The notes: a model not told the origin generated them from the letters alone. A DNA stretch of 64,000 nucleotides from an uncultured Gemmatimonadales bacterium (GCA_963828735.1 CAWHFW010000005.1:448001-512000); one strand, 5' to 3'. Positions 48,122-57,499 are shown, numbered from the stretch's first letter. Made by a program: numbers and translations.

Positions 48122-49600
48122 ATGGACTGGTTCTCCGCGCCGGATTACCGGCTGACCAGATTCGCCATCGAGCGAGGGCTCGGGCTCATCTACCTGGTCG
48201 CGTTCCTGGTGACGCTGGACCAGTTCCCGGCCCTGCTGGGCGAGCGTGGGCTCCTGCCCACCCCTCGCTTCCTCCGGCGTTCGACCTTCCGCGAATCTCC
48301 CAGCCTGTTTCACCTCCGCTACTCGGACCGCTTGCTTCGCGTGGTGGCGGCGATGGGCAGTGTCCTGTCCCTTTCCGTCGTGGCGGGCGTACCGCAATCG
48401 GGGCCGCTGTGGCTGCCGATGCTGGTCTGGCTCGTGCTCTGGCTCCTCTACCTCTCCATCGTCAACGTCGGCCAGCAGTTCTATTCGTTCGGGTGGGAGT
48501 CGCTTCTGCTCGAGGCCGGGTTTCTCGCGATCTTCCTCGGCAACGCGCGCACCCTCCCGGCGTTTCCGGTGCTAGTCCTCTTTCGGTGGCTCGCCTTCCG
48601 CGTGGAACTGGGCGCCGGACTCATCAAGCTCCGTGGCGATCCATGCTGGCGCGAGCTCACCTGCATGGAATACCATCACGAGACCCAGCCCATGCCGAAC
48701 CCGCTGAGCCGCGCCGTGCACCGGCTCCCGCGAGTGTTTCACCGGGCCGAGGTCCTCGGCAACTTCGTCGCCCAGCTTGGCGCGCCGTTCCTGCTCTTCC
48801 TTCCGCAGCCCATCGCCGGGGCCGGCGCCCTGCTCATGGTGGCGACGCAGGGATACCTCGTGCTGAGCGGCAACTATGCGTGGCTCAACGTGCTCACGAT
48901 GGTGATCGCGGTGTCGGCGATCCCCGACACGTTCATTACTGCGGCGCTGCCCTTCGCCGTCCGAGCGGCCTCGGCCGAGCCTCCGGTCTGGTTCGTGGCC
49001 CTCGTGCTGGCCCTGACGGTCCTGTTTGCGGTGTTGAGCTACTGGCCCGTGGTCAACCTGCTCGCGAAGCGGCAGCTCATGAACTACGCGTTCAATCGGC
49101 TGCACCTCGTCGGCACGTACGGCGCATTCGGGAGTGTCACCCGCGAGCGCTACGAGATCGTCCTGGAGGGCACCAGCGCAAGCGTTCCCGGCCCCGATGC
49201 CGACTGGCGCGAATACGAATTCAAGGGGAAACCCGGCGATCCGCGGCGCCGACCACCGCAGATCGCCCCGTACCACCTGCGCCTCGACTGGCTCATGTGG
49301 TTCGCCGCGCTGTCACCGCGGTACGCGGAGCCCTGGTTCTCCGAGATGGTCGAGCGGCTGCTGCGGGGGGATGCGTTGCTCCTGCGCCTGCTCGGCCGGA
49401 ATCCGTTTCCCGAGGCGCCGCCGGCCTGGATCCGTGCTCGATACTACCACTACCGTTTCACGAGCCGCGCCGAGCGCCGGGCCACTGGGGCCTGGTGGTC
49501 GCGCGAGCCGGCGGGCGATTTCATGAAGCCGGTCACACTCGCCAAGCGACACGACGACCGCGGAACACCGCCTTCGTCCACGCCGGCTCGAGCTGGGTGA
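48122..49600 (+). CDS. Lipase maturation factor (LMF) family protein, paralog B
   Basis: GGAGG RBS; FGWESLLLE, GDPCWRELTCMEYHHETQP, YGAFGS, YHLRLDWLMWFAAL motifs. Confidence 0.93.
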   Translation: MDWFSAPDYRLTRFAIERGLGLIYLVAFLVTLDQFPALLGERGLLPTPRFLRRSTFRESPSLFHLRYSDRLLRVVAAMGSVLSLSVVAGVPQSGPLWLPMLVWLVLWLLYLSIVNVGQQFYSFGWESLLLEAGFLAIFLGNARTLPAFPVLVLFRWLAFRVELGAGLIKLRGDPCWRELTCMEYHHETQPMPNPLSRAVHRLPRVFHRAEVLGNFVAQLGAPFLLFLPQPIAGAGALLMVATQGYLVLSGNYAWLNVLTMVIAVSAIPDTFITAALPFAVRAASAEPPVWFVALVLALTVLFAVLSYWPVVNLLAKRQLMNYAFNRLHLVGTYGAFGSVTRERYEIVLEGTSASVPGPDADWREYEFKGKPGDPRRRPPQIAPYHLRLDWLMWFAALSPRYAEPWFSEMVERLLRGDALLLRLLGRNPFPEAPPAWIRARYYHYRFTSRAERRATGAWWSREPAGDFMKPVTLAKRHDDRGTPPSSTPARAG

Positions 49601-49601
49601 G

Positions 49602-50204
49602 TCAGTGTTGCGCGGTCTCGCTGCGTGAGGGGCCGCCGGCCGCGGTGTGCGGCGACGCGTTCGGTACGGAGCCCGGCGAATCGCCCGGGCGCCCGGGGCC
49701 GCCTCGGGCGAGCGACCACCAGCCCATCGCGACCGCCGCCACGTAGAGCACGAACCCCACGAAGTACACTGCCCCGCCGATGGCCTGATCCCGCGCGAGC
49801 CACCCCGCCTGCCCCAGCAGCTGCGCCCAGTCGTGCTCTCCACCGCCTACCAGCGGGAGCTCCTGCGCCCGGGCATCCTTGATGTAGACCGAGATGTTCC
49901 AGCAGTTCTGGCCCAGCCACCAGAGAGGGACGGTGGCGCCGTGGCGGTCGCCCTGGCGCCAAAGGGCCACTGTAAAGGCCAGCGGAACGAGCAGCTGCAT
50001 GAGCGTCCCGCCGAGCACCGTCAGGGTCTCGCCGCCGAAGGCGAAGACCAGGTGGCCGGTCTCGTGGATCGCGAGATCCAGGCTGTCGAGCCAGCGGTAG
50101 GTACCGGGCGTTTGCAGGCAGCGCCATCCGTAGATCGCCAGGACGGCGGTGAGGATGGCCCGCCAGCGGCGCTCGCCAGCTGGCAGCTCACGCTGATTTC
50201 CCAC
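49602..50204 (-). CDS. Membrane protein with HExxH motif (M50B-like)
   Basis: AGGAGG RBS before GTG; IHETGH and HDW motifs. Confidence 0.7.
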   Translation of the reverse strand: MGNQRELPAGERRWRAILTAVLAIYGWRCLQTPGTYRWLDSLDLAIHETGHLVFAFGGETLTVLGGTLMQLLVPLAFTVALWRQGDRHGATVPLWWLGQNCWNISVYIKDARAQELPLVGGGEHDWAQLLGQAGWLARDQAIGGAVYFVGFVLYVAAVAMGWWSLARGGPGRPGDSPGSVPNASPHTAAGGPSRSETAQH

Positions 50205-50403
50205 AACGACCTCCTGTCGGCATGATCGGGCCAGCGGGCTGCCTCCGCGAAAAGATAGCGGGTCCGCCACCCGCTCCCTCGGTGGGAGCCGCGGACTTCG
50301 ACCGCAAGAATCGGGGCGCGTCGACGGGCGTGGCCGCGTACACTGCAGCCGTGGACGACGACATGGCAGACGGATCACATCGGCTGAGCGAAAGGAAGGG
50401 ACG

Positions 50404-50952
50404 ATGAGCCTGTCACTCACCCCCGTTGCCCGGGCACCAGACACCGACAGCGGACCGCTCGAGATTGGCTTCGCCACGGGCGAATGCTCGCTGGGAACCA
50501 TCCTCGTCGCGCGAACCAGCCGCGGCGTGTGCGCCATCCTGCTCGGCGACGACGCCGAGACCCTCACGCGAGATCTCGGCCGCCGGTTTCCCACGGCACG
50601 GGTTCGCCCTGACCCTGAGGCCGACACGATGCTGGAGACGGTGACCCGCCTCATCGAATCGCCCGGCCTCGAGCTGTATCTGCCGCTCGACCCTCGCGGG
50701 ACGCCGTTTCAGCTCGAGGTATGGCAGGCCCTCCGGGAAATCCCCGCCGGCACGACCGCGAGTTACTCCGAGGTCGCGCGGCGCATCGGGGCGCCGGCCT
50801 CGGCACGGGCCGTGGCGCAGGCCTGCGCGGCCAACGCGCTGGCGGTGGCGATTCCCTGCCATCGAGTGGTGCGGACCGACGGCAGTCTCTCGGGCTATCG
50901 ATGGGGCGTCGAGCGAAAGCGGGTGCTCCTGGCGCGCGAGGCGCAGGCATGA
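50404..50952 (+). CDS. ogt: Methylated-DNA--protein-cysteine methyltransferase (Ada C-terminal type)
   Basis: GTPFQLEVW, RAVAQACA, IPCHRVV, YRWG motifs. Confidence 0.93.
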   Translation: MSLSLTPVARAPDTDSGPLEIGFATGECSLGTILVARTSRGVCAILLGDDAETLTRDLGRRFPTARVRPDPEADTMLETVTRLIESPGLELYLPLDPRGTPFQLEVWQALREIPAGTTASYSEVARRIGAPASARAVAQACAANALAVAIPCHRVVRTDGSLSGYRWGVERKRVLLAREAQA

Positions 50953-51671
50953 GCGCGGTGGTGGCACTGCCTGCGACGGCCGAGCCCACGGTGGACTGGA
51001 CCCGCGTCTCCAGGGCCCTCGATGACTACGGCTGCGCCGTTCTCGAGGGCCTCGTACCGAAGGAGGTGTGCGTCGCCCTTGCCGGGCTGTACCAGGATGG
51101 CGCCAGGTTTCGGAGCCGGGTCGTCATGGCGCGTCACGGATTCGGCCGCGGGGAGTACCAATACTTCCGCTACCCGCTGCCGGACGCCATCGCCGAGCTC
51201 CGGACGGCCGTCTACGCGCGCCTGGCGCCGGTCGCGAACCGGTGGAACGACGCGATGGCCATCCAGGTTCGCTTTCCCGCGACGCACGCCGAATTCCTCG
51301 CCCGATGCCACGCCGCGGGCCAGTGCAAGCCGACACCACTCCTGCTGCGCTACGAGGCGGGCGACTACAACTGCCTTCACCAGGACCTCTATGGCGAGCA
51401 CGTGTTTCCGTTGCAACTCGCGGTGTTGCTCTCGGAGCCTGGCCGGGACTTCACCGGCGGCGAGTTCGTGATGACCGAGCAGCGCCCACGGATGCAGTCG
51501 CGAGCGGAGGTGGTGCCACTCGGACAGGGTGACGGCGTGGTGTTCGCCGTCCACCACCGCCCCGTGCGCGGGACGCGCGGAAACTATCGGGTGAATCTCC
51601 GCCACGGCGTGAGCCGCATTCGGTCGGGACGGCGCCACACGGTCGGCATCATCTTCCACGACGCGGAGTGA
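50949..51671 (+). CDS. 2OG-Fe(II) oxygenase (DUF2086 type, commonly beside ada)
   Basis: HGFGRGEY, HQDLYG, EQRPRMQSR, RHGVS, IFHDA; ATGA coupling. Confidence 0.88.
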   Translation: MSAVVALPATAEPTVDWTRVSRALDDYGCAVLEGLVPKEVCVALAGLYQDGARFRSRVVMARHGFGRGEYQYFRYPLPDAIAELRTAVYARLAPVANRWNDAMAIQVRFPATHAEFLARCHAAGQCKPTPLLLRYEAGDYNCLHQDLYGEHVFPLQLAVLLSEPGRDFTGGEFVMTEQRPRMQSRAEVVPLGQGDGVVFAVHHRPVRGTRGNYRVNLRHGVSRIRSGRRHTVGIIFHDAE

Positions 51672-51892
51672 GCTCGTCGGTCAGCGATTGGCGCGCCAAG
51701 TGCCTGATACCGCTCCCGACATCCGGCTCCGCTGACCGCTCACCCGTCGGGCCTCGGTGTCGCGGCCTGGCCTGGTGGTGGGACGCGGGACAACCCCCGA
51801 TCTTCCTGGTCCCCCGGCGGAAACCCCGCCGCCGGCCCGGGCGTAAGGGTGACGCCCGTCCCGAACGACCCATCCACCCCCACGGAGGCTTC

Positions 51893-52639
51893 GTGCGCTC
51901 CTTCGCCGTTCTGCTCCCTCTTGCGTTGATCGCGGGCCACGCGGCACCCAAGACGGGCCACGATCTGATTCGTCAGATGCACGCGCGATACGCCGACAAG
52001 TGGTACCGCACCATCACCTTTACCCAGACGACCTCCTATCCCGACCGGCCCGCGGAAACGTGGTACGAGGCCGGCACGATTCCCGGAAAGCTCCGCATCG
52101 ACGTGGAGCCGCTCGACAGCATGACCGCGTTCATGTTCATCGGCGACTCGACGATCGTCTTCAAGGGCGGGACGAGGGTCGCCGCCCGTCAGGACCGCAA
52201 CCTGCTCATGACCCTGGGCTTCGACGTCTACGGGCAGCCACCCGAGACCACGGTGGCGCAGCTCGCGGAGGCGGGCATCGACATGGGCAAGGTGCGGGAG
52301 GACCGCTGGAACGGCACGAAGGTGTGGGTGGTCGGGGCCGCCAAGGGCGACACGGCGACGAGCCAGTTCTGGATCGAGCAGGATCGTCTGCTCTTCGTGC
52401 GCCTGATCGAGGCCAGGCCCGCCAAGCAGGCCGGCGCGCCGCCCAACCTCCTCGACGTCACGTTCGAGAACTATGCGCCGCTGGGAAAGGGCTGGATGGC
52501 GCCCAAGGTGGTGATCAAGCTGAACGGCAAGGAGGTCCAGCGGGAAGAGTATCACGACGTGCGGGCCGACACCCCGCTGCAGCCCGACCTCTACGACATG
52601 CAGACCTATCACAAGGCGGAGTGGATCCGGCCTCACTAG
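51893..52639 (+). CDS. Exported protein, possible LolA-like fold
   Basis: GGAGG RBS; signal peptide; upstream ECF-like GGAAAC-N17-CGTAA at 51819-51846. Confidence 0.7.
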   Translation: MRSFAVLLPLALIAGHAAPKTGHDLIRQMHARYADKWYRTITFTQTTSYPDRPAETWYEAGTIPGKLRIDVEPLDSMTAFMFIGDSTIVFKGGTRVAARQDRNLLMTLGFDVYGQPPETTVAQLAEAGIDMGKVREDRWNGTKVWVVGAAKGDTATSQFWIEQDRLLFVRLIEARPAKQAGAPPNLLDVTFENYAPLGKGWMAPKVVIKLNGKEVQREEYHDVRADTPLQPDLYDMQTYHKAEWIRPH

Positions 52640-52733
52640 GAGCTCGCCGGCGATGGCGCGCGGGAGAGGGAGATGGCAGATTCGGAAACGTCGGTTCAGC
52701 CATCTTCCTCTGGAGCGTACCCGGAGAGTCTCC

Positions 52734-53831
52734 ATGATCAATTCGCTATCGGCCGCGACGTCCGTGCTGGCCTCCATCGCCCTCGTGACGCTCGCCTGTT
52801 CGGATGCCGCCGCCCCTTCGTCCCCCGCCGCCATTGCGCTCAAGAACAAGAGCGCCACGCCCGCCCTCACCCCCCAGCAGAGCGGCACGACCAACCGCCT
52901 TCAGGCCATCAGCCCGGTCAACGCGCGGGTCGCCTGGGCCAGCGGCACCGGCGGCACCTACGTCGTCACTACCAACGGCGGCGAGACCTGGCGCGCCGGC
53001 GTGGTGCCGGGCGCGGAGGCGCTCGAGTTCCGCGATGTCGAAGGGGTGAGCGAGCGCGTCGCCTATCTCATGGCGGCCGGCCCGGGGGAGGACTCGCGCA
53101 TCTACAAGACGGAGGACGGGGGCGCCACCTGGGCCCTGCAGTTCCAGAACGAGGACCCGAGCGCCTTCTATGACTGCTTCGCCTTCTGGGACGCGAAGAG
53201 CGGCGTGACGTTCAGCGACGGCGTGAACGGCGTGTTCCCGGCCATTCGCACGACGAACGGCAGGACCTGGCAGAACATCGGCTCGCGGCTTCCCGCCGCG
53301 CAGGCGGGCGAAGCGGCCTTTGCCGCCAGCGGGACGTGCATCGCGGCTCAAGGTGGGAAGCGTGCCTGGATCGCGACCGGCGGCGCCCCGAAGGCGCGGG
53401 TCCTCGCCACCACCGACGGCGGGGACAGCTGGCAGGCCTTCGACACTCCGATCACGCAGGGCACGCCGTTTTCCGGCGGGATCAGCATCGCGTTCCGCGA
53501 TCCCCACCACGGCATCCTCGCCGGCGGGGACCTGGTCAGCAGCGCCGTCCCCACCGACAACGTCGCGGTCTCGGACGATGGCGGCAAGACGTGGACCCTC
53601 GCGAGCCCGACGCCGTTCGCCAGCGCCGTGTACGGCCTCGCCTACGTGCCCGGGTTCGGCAAGCGCACCGTCGTCGCGACCGGGCCGGCGGGCGCCGCGT
53701 GGTCGTCCGATGACGGCGCCTCGTGGACCAGCTTGCCCGGCGTCTCGGGCTTCTGGGCGGTCGGCATCGCCGGCCGGAGCGCCGGGTGGCTGGTCGGGGT
53801 CGGCGGGACGATCACCAAGATCAGCTTCTGA
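52734..53831 (+). CDS. BNR/Asp-box (YCF48-like) beta-propeller lipoprotein
   Basis: Lipobox TLAC; repeats TTNGGETW, TEDGGATW, TTDGGDSW, SDDGGKTW. Confidence 0.88.
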   Translation: MINSLSAATSVLASIALVTLACSDAAAPSSPAAIALKNKSATPALTPQQSGTTNRLQAISPVNARVAWASGTGGTYVVTTNGGETWRAGVVPGAEALEFRDVEGVSERVAYLMAAGPGEDSRIYKTEDGGATWALQFQNEDPSAFYDCFAFWDAKSGVTFSDGVNGVFPAIRTTNGRTWQNIGSRLPAAQAGEAAFAASGTCIAAQGGKRAWIATGGAPKARVLATTDGGDSWQAFDTPITQGTPFSGGISIAFRDPHHGILAGGDLVSSAVPTDNVAVSDDGGKTWTLASPTPFASAVYGLAYVPGFGKRTVVATGPAGAAWSSDDGASWTSLPGVSGFWAVGIAGRSAGWLVGVGGTITKISF

Positions 53832-53842
53832 CTCGTATGACG

Positions 53843-53878
53843 ACGAAGGGCCTCGCCGGATCCGGCGAGGCCCTTCGT
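53843..53878. terminator. Perfect 36-bp palindrome between convergent genes
   Basis: ACGAAGGGCCTCGCCGGA|TCCGGCGAGGCCCTTCGT. Confidence 0.7.
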
Positions 53879-53912
53879 GGTGTGCGGCTGGTCGCAAGAT
53901 CCCGACGCCGGA

Positions 53913-54977
53913 TCAGGGCTCCACGACGATCTGCCCCGTCATGAACGGGTGCGGCGTGCAGTGATAGGCGTAGGTTCCCGGCCGGTCGAAGAGCCGTTCA
54001 TACGCCTTGCCCGGATCGATCAGCCCCGAGTCAAATCCGCCATCATCGGCCGTTACCGTGTGCTGGAGCTGGTCCCCGTTGGTCCACCGCACGGTCGTTC
54101 CCGCGCGCACGTGGACCACCTTCGCGTCGAACGCGAGGTTGGCGATCCGCACGGCCGTCGCGCCCGGCGTGGCGGCGTGCTGGGTCGTGTCCTGCGCCGC
54201 CGGGGTCTTCCCCCGGTGGCCGAAGTACCGCGAGAGCGTGAACGGAATGGTGAACTCGAAGCCCGCCATGTGGGCGCCCGACACGCCGCGTGAGGAGCCC
54301 TCGATCGAGGCACTCTGGGTGTTGGTGAACTGGATCGAGAGCGTGTGCGGAGTGTAGGGGATCCGGATCTGCGCACCCGCGCCCCAGGCCGCCGTCTTCA
54401 GGTCCGCCCCATCCGGCGCGTTCACGAAGCCGAACACGTCGCCCGCGAAGCTGAGCCAGTTCGTGACCCGGACCACCGCCCCGCCGCCCGCGCCCCAGAG
54501 CGACTGCTGCACGTCGTACCCGTTCGTCATGCCGCGCACCGTGCCGAGGAGCCGCACGCGGCCGAGCGTCCGGACCAGGCTCAGCTCGCCGTCCACGCTC
54601 TGCGGAGCGAACGCGTAGCCACCCGTCGCGGTGACGTCGAGCGGGGCACCGTGCGACTGCCGGAACAGCTGCCGGCGCAGTGTCAACTGGTATTCGTTGG
54701 GGATGCCCGTGAAGACGGTGGAGTTGGTCGCGTAGTCGAGGGCGACGTTGAATTCGTACGGGAGCCCCGTAGCCAGCCGGAAGTTCGGGAAGCTCGTGAC
54801 CTTCCGGGCCGGGGGCGGGCTGACCTCGAAGCGGTGCAGGAAATTGAACTGGATGACCCCGGTCGGCACGACCCACCCGTTGTCGAGGTTGGGCGTGCGG
54901 TCGACGACTCCCTGCGCCTCGACACCCGGCGCCGAAATGAACAGGAGCAGCGCGGCGGCCGCGCCCGTCCTGATCAT
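53913..54977 (-). CDS. Putative outer-membrane beta-barrel (DUF5777-like) fused to an amicyanin-like cupredoxin
   Basis: Signal peptide VEA-Q; FNFLHRF and amphipathic strands; C-terminal QHTV...YHCTPHPFMTG type-1 Cu site. Confidence 0.8.
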   Translation of the reverse strand: MIRTGAAAALLLFISAPGVEAQGVVDRTPNLDNGWVVPTGVIQFNFLHRFEVSPPPARKVTSFPNFRLATGLPYEFNVALDYATNSTVFTGIPNEYQLTLRRQLFRQSHGAPLDVTATGGYAFAPQSVDGELSLVRTLGRVRLLGTVRGMTNGYDVQQSLWGAGGGAVVRVTNWLSFAGDVFGFVNAPDGADLKTAAWGAGAQIRIPYTPHTLSIQFTNTQSASIEGSSRGVSGAHMAGFEFTIPFTLSRYFGHRGKTPAAQDTTQHAATPGATAVRIANLAFDAKVVHVRAGTTVRWTNGDQLQHTVTADDGGFDSGLIDPGKAYERLFDRPGTYAYHCTPHPFMTGQIVVEP

Positions 54978-55348
54978 GGTGCAGTCACGGTCAAGGTGCC
55001 CTTCATGAAGGGATGGATCCGGCAGAAGTAGGTGTAGGTGCCGGGCGCGCCCGCGGTGAACTGGAACGTCTGGCCCTGGCCGAACGCGCTCGAGTCGAAG
55101 GCCCCGTCGTCGGCGGAGACGGTGTGCTGGTCGGGGTCCTCGTTGGTCCAGGTCACCGTGGTGCCGCTGGTCACGCTCAGGTTGGGCGGCACGAACGCGA
55201 ACTTCTGAATGGCGACCGTGGTTCCGAGGGTCGGTTCCTCGGGGGCGGTCGTCGGACGGTCGCTGACGCATGCGACGAAGCCCGCTGCGAGCCAGGGGAG
55301 TCCCCCGGCCCGCAGCGCGCGCATCACCGTCCTCCGGCCAAGTGCCAT
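54974..55348 (-). CDS. Cupredoxin lipoprotein (amicyanin/plastocyanin-like)
   Basis: FVAC lipobox; QHTV...YFCRIHPFM; possible twin-Arg GRRT. Confidence 0.88.
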   Translation of the reverse strand: MALGRRTVMRALRAGGLPWLAAGFVACVSDRPTTAPEEPTLGTTVAIQKFAFVPPNLSVTSGTTVTWTNEDPDQHTVSADDGAFDSSAFGQGQTFQFTAGAPGTYTYFCRIHPFMKGTLTVTAP

Positions 55349-55355
55349 AGCGTCT

Positions 55356-55766
55356 CTACTGCACGACGACCGTGCCGCTCATCGCCGCCCCATGTACGGC
55401 GCACTCGTACTGGTAGGTGCCCGCGGTCGTGAAGGTAAAGGTGTACGTCATCCCGTCACCGGCCATGATCGTGCTGCTCGTAAAGCTGGGCGTGCCCTCC
55501 GACAGGACGCTGTGCGAGATGGATCCGGTGCCGGTCCAGGTCCAGGTCACGGGCTGTCCGACCGTCACCGTATCCAGGGCGGGCCGGGTGCCGTTGTGGC
55601 TGCTCTGGAAGAAGTCGTTGCCGACGATGACCGCGCCGACCGGCCCACCGCCCGTGCCGCCGGTGCCACCGGTGCCGCCATTGTTCGGGGCGGTGGTGCT
55701 ATTGCTGGAGCACCCGAGCGCGGCGGCCATGGCGCCGGCCAGCATCCAGGTGCGGGTGATACGCAT
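55356..55766 (-). CDS. Cupredoxin lipoprotein
   Basis: GGAGGAGG RBS; ALGC lipobox; GGT-repeat linker; SHSV...YECAVHGAAM. Confidence 0.88.
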   Translation of the reverse strand: MRITRTWMLAGAMAAALGCSSNSTTAPNNGGTGGTGGTGGGPVGAVIVGNDFFQSSHNGTRPALDTVTVGQPVTWTWTGTGSISHSVLSEGTPSFTSSTIMAGDGMTYTFTFTTAGTYQYECAVHGAAMSGTVVVQ

Positions 55767-55834
55767 GCCTTCCTCCTCCTCGTGTGTCGTCCGGAGCCCG
55801 CGGACACGTCTTGCCCGCGCCGGGCGTCTTGATC

Positions 55835-55882
55835 ACCTTATCTGTTATAACAGATCTCGTCAAGGCATTTGTTGTCACAGAC
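55835..55882 (-). promoter_or_regulatory. Cupredoxin operon promoter with MarR-type operators
   Basis: Minus strand TTGACG-N17-TAAGGT; perfect palindrome ATCTGTTATAACAGAT (55840-55855) in the spacer; second site ATTTGTTGTCACAGAC (55867-55882). Confidence 0.75.
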
Positions 55883-55945
55883 GTCGGAGCCACTCTGTCC
55901 CCTGTTGCAGCACGCACCAGTCCTCAACCGCCGAGCGCAACCGAC

Positions 55946-56414
55946 ATGCGCCACCTCCGGCAGGCCATCAAGCAGCGGAAGCCGTTCGAGAGCCTCCAGC
56001 AGGAGGTCTTCCTGGAGGTGCTGCGCACCGGGCACGCGCTGGTGCAGGATCTCGTCGACCTCCTCAAGCCGTATGGCCTGACGCAGCCGCAGTACAACGT
56101 CCTCCGGATCCTCCGCGGCGCGCGGCCCGACGGCTTGTCCACGGGTGAGGTGGGTGACCGGATGGTGGCGAGCCGCGAGCCGGACGTCACGCGGCTCCTC
56201 GTGCGGATGGAGCGGCTCGGGCTGCTGGTGCGCGAGCGGCGGCCCGACAATCGACGGTTCGTCACCGCGCGCATCACACGCCGCGGGCTCCGACGTGCTC
56301 AAGGCGCTCGACGGCCCGGTGAAGGGCATGCACGCCTCGCAGCTTCGCCACATGTCGCGGCGGGATCTCGAACGGCTGGCGGGATTGCTCGAGCGGGCGC
56401 GGCGGGAAGGATGA
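55946..56414 (+). CDS. MarR family regulator with an apparent 1-nt frameshift near 56290
   Basis: LKPYGLTQPQYNVLRILRG, PDVTRLL..ME..GL, RR..ARIT..GL, then continues in another frame as DVLKALDGPV..LERLAGLLERAR. Confidence 0.85.
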
Positions 56415-56431
56415 CCACGGGTTGCAAGCAC

Positions 56432-56458
56432 AAAAAAAGGGCTCCTCGAAGGAGCCCT
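56432..56458 (-). terminator. Rho-independent terminator of the DUF378-DUF4397-microprotein operon
   Basis: Minus strand AGGGCTCCTTCGAGGAGCCC followed by T7. Confidence 0.85.
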
Positions 56459-56536
56459 AACTTCCCTCCATCCTCGGAGGCCTCGAGGATAGCCACGCCC
56501 GCTGTGATCCCACTCAGGGGCTTCCGACCAGCTTCG

Positions 56537-56767
56537 CTAGTTCCGCACGTATTGTGTCGCCGGCTCGGGGTCCGACCGCAATGCCAGGTAGTGCCAGTAG
56601 GCCCCGACCGCGCCCCCGCGGTCCCCGGGCACGTCGGCCAGGCGGCCCTCCTCGCGCAAGTGCGTGGCCAAGTGTTCGGTGAGGTGGTAGGCGTACGCCT
56701 CTTGGGCGTCGGCAGCAGTGGCCCCGACGAGCATCAGCAGAGCCGTGTATCGAATAGCGCTGCGCAT
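56537..56767 (-). CDS. Small secreted hypothetical protein (76 aa)
   Basis: GGGAG RBS; signal peptide ending ADA-Q; HLTEHLATH motif. Confidence 0.6.
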   Translation of the reverse strand: MRSAIRYTALLMLVGATAADAQEAYAYHLTEHLATHLREEGRLADVPGDRGGAVGAYWHYLALRSDPEPATQYVRN

Positions 56768-56794
56768 CGATTATCTCCCAATTTCGTTCGTTGT

Positions 56795-57481
56795 CTAATT
56801 CAGGTCAGGCAGCAGGAGGAAATCGAACGGCGCCCCGCCACCTGGCGCATCCACCGCGATCACGGTGCGCACCTGCCCGCTCTCCAGCGTGAGGGTGCCG
56901 CTGTCGAGTGCCACCACCTTGGTCCCGGCCGGCGTCACCCGGACCTGGTAGTCCCCCGCCGGCACCTCGAGATAGTCGGCCACGTCGCCGAACTCGACGC
57001 TGGTGAGCACGGGCAGGGCCGTTTCGATGGCCGCGCCGGGCGCCGTGACGTAGACATCCACCGCGGGCGCACCTGGGGCGCCGTGAATGGCGCGAACTCG
57101 AGCGCTGCCGGACGCAGGCGTGGAATTGTCGTCCAGCAGCACGATCGGCGTGATCTCGGCGGTGACATTGGAGGCGATCACGGTGTAATCGGCGCCGTCC
57201 GTGAGCGTCACGTCCGCATCGATGACCGTGGTGGCCGTGCCCGCCGCGTTCACCTTGAGCTTGTGCGCGCCGGCGGAAGCCTCGAGGTAGTCCGAGGCCT
57301 CGAGGTAGGTCACGTCACTCAGCACTCTGTTGTCGTCGAGCAGGACGTCCACATTTGGCGCGTCAGGGGAGGCATGGACGACCCTGACACGGGCTTCGCC
57401 TGCCGGCCCCGTGTTGTCGTCGTCGCAGGCGGCCGTCAGCGCGGTGGCGGCCAGCAGCAGTGTGAGCAGCTTGAGCTTCAT
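56795..57481 (-). CDS. DUF4397 domain lipoprotein
   Basis: Lipobox TAAC; two repeats RVVHASPDAPNVDV and RAIHGAPGAPAVDV. Confidence 0.9.
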   Translation of the reverse strand: MKLKLLTLLLAATALTAACDDDNTGPAGEARVRVVHASPDAPNVDVLLDDNRVLSDVTYLEASDYLEASAGAHKLKVNAAGTATTVIDADVTLTDGADYTVIASNVTAEITPIVLLDDNSTPASGSARVRAIHGAPGAPAVDVYVTAPGAAIETALPVLTSVEFGDVADYLEVPAGDYQVRVTPAGTKVVALDSGTLTLESGQVRTVIAVDAPGGGAPFDFLLLPDLN

Positions 57482-57499
57482 TGGTGTCGATCCTCCGGG

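Noticed and set aside
56280..56300. Programmed frameshift in marR
   Set aside because: No slippery heptamer; an indel error is more parsimonious.
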